Of a stretch of DNA of 33,214 bases, positions 6,719 to 15,713 are shown one piece after another. The DNA lies in IMG/VR virus record IMGVR_UViG_2537561930_000012, one strand, 5' to 3'. This DNA comes from a virus. Lineage: Duplodnaviria; Heunggongvirae; Uroviricota; Caudoviricetes. Both the position numbers and the translations under genes were made by a program. The notes beneath the pieces are model-generated. The model was not told the origin of the DNA, did no database searches, and worked only from the letters and a program-made list of their open reading frames with translations. The number at the start of each line of letters is the position of its first letter. The first letter of the stretch is position 1.

Positions 6719-8818
6719 ATGGGTTTTTCATCAGCCCGAAATTTGGGAAGGGACATATCGGCAGGATTTTCCCCACCACGTCGCATGCCGATTTCGGAGG
6801 CTGTTAAAAAATTCATGCGTGTTCCCAAGGGGGCTGGTAACTCGGTGCCATGGGATCCTGAACTGACACCCTACATCATTGAGCCCATGAACTGCCTGGC
6901 ATCGCGTGAATACGATGCGGTGATTTTTGTTGGTCCTGCGCGAACAGGGAAGACCATTGGTCTGATCGATGGATGGATTGTCTATACCATCGTTTGCGAT
7001 CCTTCGGACATGCTCGTTGTGCAGATGACCGAAGATAAGGCCCGCGAGCATTCAAAAAAGCGCCTCGACAGAACGTTCAGAAGCAGTGCGGCGGTAAAGA
7101 AAAGAATGAGTCCACGTCGTAATGACAATAATGTCCATGATAAGACGTTCAGGGATGGCTCGTTCCTTAAAATTGGTTGGCCCTCGGTCAACATTATGTC
7201 GTCGTCGGATTACCGGTTTGTCGCCTTAACCGATTACGACCGTTTTCCGGAGAATATCGACAGCGAGGGTGATGGTTTCTCCCTGGCCTCAAAACGTACC
7301 ACCACATTTATGTCCGCCGGGATGACTCTGGTGGAGAGCTCGCCGGGACGTGACATCTGCGACAGCAAATGGCGACGTAAGTCGCCTCATGAAGCGCCAC
7401 CGACGACTGGTATTCTTTCCCTTTACAATCGTGGTGACCGCCGCCGCTGGTACTGGCCATGTCCGCACTGCGGTGAATATTTTCAGCCAGCCATGGATGC
7501 CATGACCGGCTACCGTAATGAACCGGATCCCTTTAAAGCCAGTGAGGCGGCGTATCTACTTTGCCCGCACTGCAGCGGCATTATCACTGCGGAGAAAAAG
7601 CGTGAGCTCAATAGTGCAGGAGTCTGGTTGCGTGAAGGTCAGGTCATTGATTGTAACGGCAACGTTTCCGGTGAACCGCGCCGCTCCCGTATCGCCAGTT
7701 TCTGGATGGAAGGGCCAGCTGCTGCGTATCAGACCTGGGCGCAACTGGTTTACAAATTACTGACTGCAGAACAGGAGTATGAAGCGACAGGAAGTGAAGA
7801 AACACTCAGGGCGGTTATCAACACCGACTGGGGATTACCTTATCTTCCCCGCGCCAGCATGGAGCAACGAAAAAGTGAACTGCTTGAGCAGCGGGCAGAG
7901 CCAGTTCCTTCCCGCAGTGTGCCAGATGGCGTTAATTTTCTTGTGGCGACAGTGGATGTGCAGGCGGGACGTCATCGCCGTTTTGTGGTTCAGGTAACGG
8001 GCTATGGCAGCCGTGGCGAACGCTGGATTATTGATCGTTACAACATCACGCAGTCATTGCGCGGTGACAGCGACGGGGAGAGCCAGCGAATTGATCCGGC
8101 CAGCTATCCGGAAGACTGGGATGTCCTGCTGACGGATGTTTTTCATAAAAGCTGGCCGCTGGCCTCCGATCCTTCTCAACAAATGCGACTTATGGCAATG
8201 GCGGTGGACTCCGGCGGTGAAGACGGGGTCACTGATAATGCCTATAAATTCTGGCGTCGTTGCCGTCGTGATGGCCTTGGTAAACGTATTTACCTGTTTA
8301 AGGGCGACAGCATCCGGCGCGCAAAACTGATCAGCCGTACATTCCCTGATAACACCGGACGAACGGGCCGACGGGCGCAGGCCGCAGGTGATGTGCCGCT
8401 CTGGCTTCTTCAGACGGATGCCCTGAAAGACCGGGTGAATAACGCGTTATGGCGTGACTCGCCAGGTCCCGGCTATGTGCATTTCCCTGACTGGCTGGGG
8501 AGCTGGTTTTACGACGAACTGACGTATGAAGAGCGGAGCAGTGACGGGAAATGGAGTAAGCCGGGTCGCGGTGCCAACGAAGCTTTTGACCTGATGGTGT
8601 ATGCCGAGGCTCTGGTCATTCTGCATGGATACGAAAAGATCCGCTGGCCGGATGCACCGGAGTGGGCGAGCCGGGAAACCTGGCTGGAGTGTGTCCCGGA
8701 CAGTACCGAACCGTCACCCTCACCGGAACCGGTATCCACGCCTGTTAAAAAACAAAAACGGAAGAAAACAGTAACTGACGATGTTAACCCCTGGCTGACT
8801 TCCGGAGGATGGTTATGA
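6719..8818 (+). CDS. A: Terminase large subunit (lambda gpA family)
   Basis: 699-aa ORF; Walker A-like GPARTGKT, CPHCGEYF and CPHCSG zinc-ribbon-like motifs; SD AGGAGG upstream. Confidence 0.9.
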   Translation: MGFSSARNLGRDISAGFSPPRRMPISEAVKKFMRVPKGAGNSVPWDPELTPYIIEPMNCLASREYDAVIFVGPARTGKTIGLIDGWIVYTIVCDPSDMLVVQMTEDKAREHSKKRLDRTFRSSAAVKKRMSPRRNDNNVHDKTFRDGSFLKIGWPSVNIMSSSDYRFVALTDYDRFPENIDSEGDGFSLASKRTTTFMSAGMTLVESSPGRDICDSKWRRKSPHEAPPTTGILSLYNRGDRRRWYWPCPHCGEYFQPAMDAMTGYRNEPDPFKASEAAYLLCPHCSGIITAEKKRELNSAGVWLREGQVIDCNGNVSGEPRRSRIASFWMEGPAAAYQTWAQLVYKLLTAEQEYEATGSEETLRAVINTDWGLPYLPRASMEQRKSELLEQRAEPVPSRSVPDGVNFLVATVDVQAGRHRRFVVQVTGYGSRGERWIIDRYNITQSLRGDSDGESQRIDPASYPEDWDVLLTDVFHKSWPLASDPSQQMRLMAMAVDSGGEDGVTDNAYKFWRRCRRDGLGKRIYLFKGDSIRRAKLISRTFPDNTGRTGRRAQAAGDVPLWLLQTDALKDRVNNALWRDSPGPGYVHFPDWLGSWFYDELTYEERSSDGKWSKPGRGANEAFDLMVYAEALVILHGYEKIRWPDAPEWASRETWLECVPDSTEPSPSPEPVSTPVKKQKRKKTVTDDVNPWLTSGGWL

Positions 8819-9027
8819 ATCAGAATGATATTGAAGCCATGATTCAGCGTTATACGGAAGCTGAAATGGCGGTGCTGGACGGAAAATCCGTCACTTTTAA
8901 TGGTCAGCAGATGACCATGGAAAACTTATCTGAGATCCGGCAGGGGCGGCAGGAGTGGGAGCGCCGCCTTGCGGCTCTGATTACACGACGACGTGGGCAT
9001 CCCGGGTACCGGCTGGCGAGGTTCTGA
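8815..9027 (+). CDS. W: Head-tail connector / head completion protein gpW-like
   Basis: About 70-aa ORF ending RRRGHPGYRLARF; start overlaps terminase stop (ATGA) and its stop overlaps the portal start. Confidence 0.7.
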   Translation: MNQNDIEAMIQRYTEAEMAVLDGKSVTFNGQQMTMENLSEIRQGRQEWERRLAALITRRRGHPGYRLARF

Positions 9028-10502
9028 TGGCAATTCTTGATGATGTGATTGGCGTTTTTTCACCAGGATGGAAAGCGGCAAGGCTGCGTTCCCGTGCGGT
9101 GATCCAGGCTTATGAGGCCGTAAAAACGACGCGGACACACAAAGCCCGACGGGAGAACCGAACTGCCGACCAGTTAAGCCAGTACGGGGCCGTGTCGTTA
9201 CGTGAGCAGGCCCGTTACCTTGATAACAACCACGATCTGGTCATTGGTGTATTTGACAAGCTGGAAGAACGGGTGGTGGGGAAAAACGGGATTATTGTCG
9301 AGCCACATCCGGTATTACGCAATGGGGCCATTGCCCGTGACCTGGCTGCGGAGATACGTACCCGATGGAGTGAATGGTCTGTCAGTCCGGAGGTCACCGG
9401 GCAGTTTACCCGTCCGATGCTGGAACGTCTGATGCTGCGTACCTGGCTGCGCGATGGTGAGGTGTTTGCCCAGATGGTTTCCGGGCGCATAAACAGCCTG
9501 ACGCCTTCTGCCGGTGTTCATTTCTGGCTGGAGGCGCTCGAGCCGGACTTTATTCCCATGACCAGTGATGAGAGCAACAGGCTGAATCAGGGCGTGTTTG
9601 TTGATGACTGGGGGCGTCCCGAAAAATATCTGGTGTATAAAAGTCGTCCTGTATCCGGACGGCAGATGGAAACCAAAGAAGTGGATGCAGAGCGAATGCT
9701 GCATCTTAAATTTGTTCGCCGTCTGCACCAGATGCGCGGGACGTCTTTATTGTCCGGTGTGCTGATCCGCCTCAGCGCCCTGAAAGAGTATGAAGATTCT
9801 GAGCTGACTGCAGCAAGGGTCGCCGCTGCTCTGGGGATGTACATCCGGAAAGGCGACGGACAGAGCTATGAAACGGATGGTAATGACAGCAAGGAGAATG
9901 AACGCGAGCTTACCATTCAGCCAGGCATTATTTACGACGATCTGAAACCCGGCGAAGAAATCGGAATGGTGAAGTCGGATCGCCCAAATCCTAACCTTGA
10001 AACTTTTCGTAATGCTCAGTTGCGTGCCGTGGCGGCGGGCAGTCGTCTGAGTTTTTCCAGTACAGCGCGCAACTATAACGGCACTTACAGCGCCCAGCGT
10101 CAGGAGCTGGTTGAATCCACTGATGGCTACCTGATCCTGCAGGACTGGTTTATTGGTGCCGTCACCCGCCCGATGTATCGTGCCTGGCTGAAACAGGCTG
10201 TGGCATCCGGTGTTATCAGGCTACCCCGCGATCTTGACCGTTCTTCACTGTATACCGCGGTGTATTCCGGACCGGTGATGCCGTGGATTGACCCTGTTAA
10301 GGAGGCTGAGGCCTGGAAAATCCAGATTCGTGGTGGAGCGGCGACAGAATCAGACTGGGTACGTGCAGGTGGTCGTAATCCGGATGATGTCAAACGTCGG
10401 CGCAAGGCCGAAATTGATGAAAACCGCAAGCTGGACCTGGTATTTGATACCGATCCGGCCAGTGATAAAGGAGGCAGCAGTGCCGCAACGAAACGACAGT
10501 AG
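9027..10502 (+). CDS. B: Portal protein (lambda gpB family)
   Basis: ATG at 9027 overlapping gpW stop; about 491 aa; position between W and head protease/capsid. Confidence 0.85.
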   Translation: MAILDDVIGVFSPGWKAARLRSRAVIQAYEAVKTTRTHKARRENRTADQLSQYGAVSLREQARYLDNNHDLVIGVFDKLEERVVGKNGIIVEPHPVLRNGAIARDLAAEIRTRWSEWSVSPEVTGQFTRPMLERLMLRTWLRDGEVFAQMVSGRINSLTPSAGVHFWLEALEPDFIPMTSDESNRLNQGVFVDDWGRPEKYLVYKSRPVSGRQMETKEVDAERMLHLKFVRRLHQMRGTSLLSGVLIRLSALKEYEDSELTAARVAAALGMYIRKGDGQSYETDGNDSKENERELTIQPGIIYDDLKPGEEIGMVKSDRPNPNLETFRNAQLRAVAAGSRLSFSSTARNYNGTYSAQRQELVESTDGYLILQDWFIGAVTRPMYRAWLKQAVASGVIRLPRDLDRSSLYTAVYSGPVMPWIDPVKEAEAWKIQIRGGAATESDWVRAGGRNPDDVKRRRKAEIDENRKLDLVFDTDPASDKGGSSAATKRQ

Positions 10503-12507
10503 CCGCAGTACACCGACGACCAGTCCGAAGAATAATTCCTGGTTCAGGATGCAGGCAGGTCACCAGAGTGACGCGGATATTTATATTTATGACGAGATTG
10601 GTTTCTGGGGTGTTACAGCGAAGCAGTTTATCAGTGATCTGAATGCACTGGGCGATATCACCCACATTAATCTCCATATTAATTCACCGGGTGGCGATGT
10701 CTTTGAAGGCATCGCCATTTTTAATGCACTGAAAACACATGGTGCGTCCATTACCGTTTATGTCGACGGTGTGGCGGCGTCAATGGCGTCGGTCATTGCG
10801 ATGGTGGGAAACCCGGTCATTATGCCGGAAAACTCCTTCATGATGATTCATAAACCATTTGGCTTTACGGGCGGTGATGCGGAGGACATGCGCACCTATG
10901 CCGACCTGCTCGATAAAGTTGAGGCGGTTCTGTTACCCGCTTATGCACAGAAAACCGGGAAAACCACCGATGAAATTGCTGCCATGCTGGCGGATGAGAC
11001 CTGGATGTCCGGTGCCGAATGTCTGGCACATGGATTTGCTGATCAGGTGACGCCAGCCGTTAAGGCAATGGCATGTATTCAGTCAAAACGTACAGAGGAA
11101 TTTAAAAAGATGCCGGAATCCATTCGAAACATGATTACTCCGCCACGCAACAGTGCTCCACGCGTACAGGATGATGAACCTGCAGCCTCCCGGACGCCAG
11201 TGCAGGCAGCAGCACCCGTGGTGGATGAAAACAGTATCCGTGCGCAGGTACTGGCAGAGCAAAAAGCGCGTGTAAACGGTATTAATGATCTGTTTGCCAT
11301 GTTTGGCGGGCGTTATCAGACGCTGCAGGCTCAGTGTCTTGCCGATCCTGAATGTTCGCTGGAGCAGGCCCGCGAAAAGCTGTTGAACGAGATGGGGCGC
11401 GAGTCCACGCCATCCAATAAAAATACACCGGCTCATATTTATGCCGGTAACGGTAATTTTGTGGGGGACGGGATCCGCCAGGCGCTGATGGCGCGTGCCG
11501 GATTTGAAAAAACCGAACGTGATAATGTCTACAACGGGATGACCCTGCGTGAATATGCCCGTATGTCACTGACTGAACGGGGTATTGGGGTTTCCGGTTA
11601 TAACCCGATGCAGATGGTCGGTGCGGCGTTCACACACAGTACGTCTGACTTCGGTAATATTCTGCTGGATGTTGCGAACAAAGCCATTCTGCAGGGCTGG
11701 GAAGATGCTCCTGAAACCTATGAACAGTGGACGCGGAAAGGTCAGTTGTCTGATTTTAAAATTGCCCATCGTGTGGGTATGGGGGGCTTCAGTGCTCTGC
11801 GTCAGGTGCGTGAAGGGGCGGAATATAAATACGTCACCACCGGAGATAAACAGGCCACTATTGCACTGGCGACCTATGGCGAGCTGTTCAGTATCACCCG
11901 TCAGGCCATTATCAATGATGATCTGAATATGCTGACCGATGTCCCGATGAAACTGGGCCGTGCGGCGAAATCCACTATTGCCGATCTGGTTTATGCCATT
12001 CTGACGTCTAACCCGAAAATCTCCACAGATAATGTAAGTCTGTTCGATAAAGCGAAACATGCAAACGTACTGGAGAGCGCTGCAATGGACGTGGCATCGC
12101 TGGATAAAGCCCGCCAGTTGATGCGCGTTCAGAAAGAGGGGGAGCGTCATCTGAATATTCGTCCTGCGTTCGTACTGGTACCGACGGCGATGGAGTCTGT
12201 TGCTAACCAGGTCATTCGCTCCTCAAGTGTCAAGGGGGCTGACATTAACGCCGGTATTATTAACCCGGTGAAAGATTTTGCGACCGTTATTGCAGAGCCT
12301 CGTCTTGATGATAACAGCCAGACCACCTTCTACCTGGCTGCGTCAAAAGGCTCCGATACGATTGAAGTGGCTTATCTCAACGGTGTGGATACGCCATATA
12401 TTGATCAGATGGAGGGCTTCAGTGTGGATGGCGTGACAACGAAAGTGCGTATTGACGCCGGTGTCGCGCCAGTTGATCACCGCGGTCTGGTGAAATGTAC
12501 GGCGTAA
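10480..12507 (+). CDS. Prohead protease (ClpP/S49-like) fused to major capsid protein
   Basis: GTG start at 10480 with SD AAAGGAGG five nt upstream (alternative ATG 10549); N-terminal protease-like region (NSPGGDVFEGIAIFNAL...SMASVIAM), long C-terminal capsid-like domain; terminator follows. Confidence 0.7.
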   Translation: MPQRNDSSRSTPTTSPKNNSWFRMQAGHQSDADIYIYDEIGFWGVTAKQFISDLNALGDITHINLHINSPGGDVFEGIAIFNALKTHGASITVYVDGVAASMASVIAMVGNPVIMPENSFMMIHKPFGFTGGDAEDMRTYADLLDKVEAVLLPAYAQKTGKTTDEIAAMLADETWMSGAECLAHGFADQVTPAVKAMACIQSKRTEEFKKMPESIRNMITPPRNSAPRVQDDEPAASRTPVQAAAPVVDENSIRAQVLAEQKARVNGINDLFAMFGGRYQTLQAQCLADPECSLEQAREKLLNEMGRESTPSNKNTPAHIYAGNGNFVGDGIRQALMARAGFEKTERDNVYNGMTLREYARMSLTERGIGVSGYNPMQMVGAAFTHSTSDFGNILLDVANKAILQGWEDAPETYEQWTRKGQLSDFKIAHRVGMGGFSALRQVREGAEYKYVTTGDKQATIALATYGELFSITRQAIINDDLNMLTDVPMKLGRAAKSTIADLVYAILTSNPKISTDNVSLFDKAKHANVLESAAMDVASLDKARQLMRVQKEGERHLNIRPAFVLVPTAMESVANQVIRSSSVKGADINAGIINPVKDFATVIAEPRLDDNSQTTFYLAASKGSDTIEVAYLNGVDTPYIDQMEGFSVDGVTTKVRIDAGVAPVDHRGLVKCTA

Positions 12508-12530
12508 ACGTCGCAGACAACAACTCTGAT

Positions 12531-12550
12531 GGCCCGTAAGGGCTTTTTTT
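12531..12550 (+). terminator. Intrinsic terminator/attenuator after the capsid gene
   Basis: gccc-gtaa-gggc hairpin followed by T7. Confidence 0.4.
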
Positions 12551-12593
12551 GTACCTGAAATCAGCCCCTGAACGGGGCAGTGCGGAGACAGTT

Positions 12594-12917
12594 ATGGCAA
12601 AGAATTTTGTAGAAGAAGGAAAAACGGTGGCGATTGTTGCCAGTGCAGCCATCAGCAGCGGAGATCTGGTGCTGGTGGGGGATGTTTTTGCGGTGGCGCT
12701 GACCGATATTCCACAGGGTGAAACAGGCGACGGCATGACCGAAGGTGTGTTTATGCTGCCTAAGCTGAAAACGGATGACATGAAAACGGGTAAGAAGGTT
12801 TATCTGAAGTCCGGAAAAGTTCAGTTGACTAACAGCGGCTCTGATCCGCTGGTCGGGGTTGTCTGGGCAGATGCCGGAACCAGTGCAGAAGAAGTGCCGG
12901 TAAAACTCAATGTCTGA
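12594..12917 (+). CDS. Small head-associated protein (DUF2190-like; decoration or head-completion candidate)
   Basis: 107-aa ORF from ATG 12594 between capsid and FII-like genes. Confidence 0.45.
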   Translation: MAKNFVEEGKTVAIVASAAISSGDLVLVGDVFAVALTDIPQGETGDGMTEGVFMLPKLKTDDMKTGKKVYLKSGKVQLTNSGSDPLVGVVWADAGTSAEEVPVKLNV

Positions 12918-13185
12918 TCCCTTTTCCCGGCTGGCAGCGCGTATGGATGCGATCACGGTCAGAAAGATGGGAAAGACAGCCTCGATTAATGATGTCGATA
13001 TGACTGTGATCCCGGGAGAAACACTGGCAGAGCTGAATGCTCTGTCCGGACCTGCGGTCTCTCTGGTGGTGTTTTCTTCGGGATACCGCCCACGGCGCGG
13101 GGATCGCGTTGTTTATGACGGACAACAATGGACGGTCACACGGCATGAACGTTTTAACGGTAAGCCAATGATCTTTATTGAGTAA
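12910..13185 (+). CDS. Head-tail joining protein (lambda gpFII-like)
   Basis: 91-aa ORF; C-terminal RRGDRVVYDGQQWTV resembles the FII RRGD motif; directly upstream of gpZ. Confidence 0.55.
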   Translation: MSDPFSRLAARMDAITVRKMGKTASINDVDMTVIPGETLAELNALSGPAVSLVVFSSGYRPRRGDRVVYDGQQWTVTRHERFNGKPMIFIE

Positions 13186-13196
13186 AGAGGTGTGGG

Positions 13197-13775
13197 ATGA
13201 AGGGGCTTGAGAATGCCATCCGTAATCTGAACAGCCTTGATACCCGTATGGTGCCACAGGCCAGCGCATGGGCGATAAACCGTGTGGCACAGAAAGCGGT
13301 CTCGGTCGCCACCCGGCAGGTTGCCGGGAATACCGTTGCGGGAGATAACCAGGTGAAAGGGATCCCCCTGAAACTGGTACGTCAGCGTGTCCGGGTGTTT
13401 AAAGCCAGTCCGTCAGGAAAAATGACGGCCAGGATCCGCGTTAACCGGGGCAATCTGCCCGCTATTAAGCTGGGGACAGCCCGGGTCAGACTGGCCCGGC
13501 GTGGTGGAAAACTGCAGTACCGTGGCAGTGTGCTGAAGGTGGGTAAATATCTTTTCCGGGATGCGTTTATTCAGCAACTGGCGAATGGTCGCTGGCATGT
13601 GATGCGGCGTATTGATGGCAAAAATCGTTACCCCATTGATGTGGTGAAAGTCCCGCTGTCCGGACCGCTGACACAGGCATTTGAAGATGCCCGCGACCGC
13701 ATTATTGCTGCGGAAATGCCGAAACAGCTGGGGTATGCACTGAAACAACAACTGAGGTTATGGCTGACCCGATGA
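13197..13775 (+). CDS. Z: Tail completion protein gpZ
   Basis: 192 aa, colinear with lambda Z (NGRWHVM.R..GKNRYPIDVVK.P, ELGYAL..QLR). Confidence 0.85.
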   Translation: MKGLENAIRNLNSLDTRMVPQASAWAINRVAQKAVSVATRQVAGNTVAGDNQVKGIPLKLVRQRVRVFKASPSGKMTARIRVNRGNLPAIKLGTARVRLARRGGKLQYRGSVLKVGKYLFRDAFIQQLANGRWHVMRRIDGKNRYPIDVVKVPLSGPLTQAFEDARDRIIAAEMPKQLGYALKQQLRLWLTR

Positions 13776-14173
13776 ACCGACATACACAAATCCGCCAGGC
13801 CGTACTGGCACGCCTTCGGGAACAGTGTGGAGACAGCGCCACGTTTTTTGACGGGCTTCCGGCATTTATTGATGCGCAGGAACTGCCTGCCGTGGCGGTG
13901 TGGCTGAGTGATGCTCAGTACACCGGAAAAATGACGGATGAAGATGACTGGCAGGCTGTTCTGCATATTGCTGTCTTCATCCGGGCACAGGCACCGGATT
14001 CAGAGCTGGATATGTGGATGGAGAGCACCATTTTCCCGGCTCTGAATGATATACCGGCACTTTCCGGACTCATCGACACCCTGATCCCTCTCGGTTTTAA
14101 CTATCAACGTGATAATGAGATGGCCACCTGGGCGATGGCGGAAATCACGTACCAGATCACGTACACGAATTAA
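13772..14173 (+). CDS. U: Tail terminator protein gpU
   Basis: ATG 13772 overlapping Z stop; ATFFDG, PAVAVWLSDAQYTG, PDSELDMWMES motifs as in lambda U. Confidence 0.85.
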   Translation: MNRHTQIRQAVLARLREQCGDSATFFDGLPAFIDAQELPAVAVWLSDAQYTGKMTDEDDWQAVLHIAVFIRAQAPDSELDMWMESTIFPALNDIPALSGLIDTLIPLGFNYQRDNEMATWAMAEITYQITYTN

Positions 14174-14184
14174 AGGAGGTGGCA

Positions 14185-14928
14185 ATGACCACACCAAATC
14201 CACTGGCAAAAACGAAAGGTGCGGGAACGACGTTCTGGATGTACACCGGCAAGGGCGATGCGTTTGCGAACCCTTTATCGGACACTGACTGGCTGCGTCT
14301 TGCGATGGTGAAGGATCTGCAACCTGGCGAAATGACCGCTGATGCAGAAGATGACACTTATCTCGATGATGAAGATGCAGACTGGAAAACGACAACCCAG
14401 GGGCAGAAATCCGTCGGTGATACTTCGGCGACGCTGGCCTGGCGTCCGGGTGACAGCGGGCAGAAAAAACTGGTTCAGTTGTTCGACTCCGGTGAAGTCT
14501 GCGCGTTTCGTATCAAATATCCCAACGGCACTGTTGATGTTTTCCGTGGCTGGCTGAGCTCACTGGGTAAAACCATTGCCTCAAAAGACGTGATGACCCG
14601 CACAGTGAAAATCAGCGGTGTGGGGCGTCCGCATCTGGCAGAGGAAGGCACTGAAACAGTGAGCGTTACCGGGCTGACGGTGGCACCAGCATCTGCCAGT
14701 GTAAAAGTGGGAGCAACCACCACGCTGACCTTTACAGTAAAACCTGACGGAGCCAGTGACAAAGCGATCAGTGTACATTCGACAGATCCACAGACTGCCA
14801 CGGTGACCCTGAACGGGCTTGTGGCCACGGTGAAAGGCGTGAAGCAGGGCAGTGTCAGCATTGTGGGCATGACTTCTGACGGCGATTTTGTGGCCGTGGC
14901 TGCGGTGGCTGTCAGCGCCGCAGGTTAA
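14185..14928 (+). CDS. V: Major tail tube protein gpV (with C-terminal Ig-like Big_2 domain)
   Basis: SD AGGAGG then ATG 14185; near-lambda sequence (KGAGTT.W.Y.G.GD..ANPLSD.DW, FPNGTVDVFRGW). Confidence 0.9.
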   Translation: MTTPNPLAKTKGAGTTFWMYTGKGDAFANPLSDTDWLRLAMVKDLQPGEMTADAEDDTYLDDEDADWKTTTQGQKSVGDTSATLAWRPGDSGQKKLVQLFDSGEVCAFRIKYPNGTVDVFRGWLSSLGKTIASKDVMTRTVKISGVGRPHLAEEGTETVSVTGLTVAPASASVKVGATTTLTFTVKPDGASDKAISVHSTDPQTATVTLNGLVATVKGVKQGSVSIVGMTSDGDFVAVAAVAVSAAG

Positions 14929-14948
14929 CAGGACGATACTCATCATTT

Positions 14949-14972
14949 GCCCCGGTTATCCGGGGCTTTTTT
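14949..14972 (+). terminator. Intrinsic terminator/attenuator after gpV
   Basis: 7-bp GC stem gcccccgg.ttat.ccggggc followed by T6. Confidence 0.45.
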
Positions 14973-14985
14973 GCAGGTGGAGAAC

Positions 14986-15375
14986 ATGATGTTTCTGAAA
15001 CAGGGCACGTTTAATTATGAAAAACAGTCCGTGGTGCTCAGTGAGCTGTCCGGGCTGCAGAGAATTGAATATCTGGCGTTTGTTCAGCAGCGAACGGCAA
15101 AGTTTGATGCCGGGGAGGGAGAACTGCCGGAGGCTGAACGACAGATTGCTTTTCTGCGGATGGGGATGGATATCAATGCCTGGCTGGTTTCCCGCTCACT
15201 GTGGAATGCGGATCAGTCTAAGGATGTAGAGACGCTTTGCGCATCCGTTATTACAACATGGTCGTATGATGCCCTGGGTGCGGGGGCGGAGATGGTTCTG
15301 TCGCTGAGCGGTATGGGGGCCATTGATAATGCCGGGGATGATGAGCATGAGGCGCTGACGCCGGAAAAGTCCTGA
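14986..15375 (+). CDS. G: Tail assembly chaperone gpG
   Basis: Start MMFLK at 14986, after the V terminator (track ORF begins earlier at 14947); lambda G-like LSELSGLQRIEYLA. Confidence 0.8.
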   Translation: MMFLKQGTFNYEKQSVVLSELSGLQRIEYLAFVQQRTAKFDAGEGELPEAERQIAFLRMGMDINAWLVSRSLWNADQSKDVETLCASVITTWSYDALGAGAEMVLSLSGMGAIDNAGDDEHEALTPEKS

Positions 15376-15713
15376 CGCGGGAAATGCAGTTTGTCATGCG
15401 GCTTGCCCGGGAGTTCCGGCGGGCAGACTGGCGGCGGATGCTGTCGGAAATGTCGGCCACTGAGCTTGGTGAGTGGGGCGATTATTTCCGGATGCAGAGC
15501 TTCAGTGATGTGTGGATGGATGCGCAGTTTGCCTCGCTGAAGGCATTGATCGTGAGAATGGTGTCCGGCAGCAGTGATGCTGCGGTGGCTGATTTCAGCC
15601 TTTTACCGGAAGAGAACGGGATACCGGAGCGAACGGACGAAGAACTGATGCATCTTGGAGAAGGTATTTCCGGAGGTGTGCGTTATGGACCAGATAGCCA
15701 ACCTGGTCATTGA
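14986..15713 (+). CDS. T: Tail assembly chaperone gpGT, predicted product of programmed -1 ribosomal frameshift near the 3' end of G
   Basis: T-like ORF in the -1 frame is open from 15351 and overlaps the end of G; slippery-like GGAAAAG at 15363-15369. Confidence 0.55.

Noticed and set aside
11566-12150. 194-aa minus-strand ORF, plus other antisense ORFs in the terminase, portal and H genes
   Set aside because: They overlap well-supported + strand morphogenesis genes and have no recognisable features.
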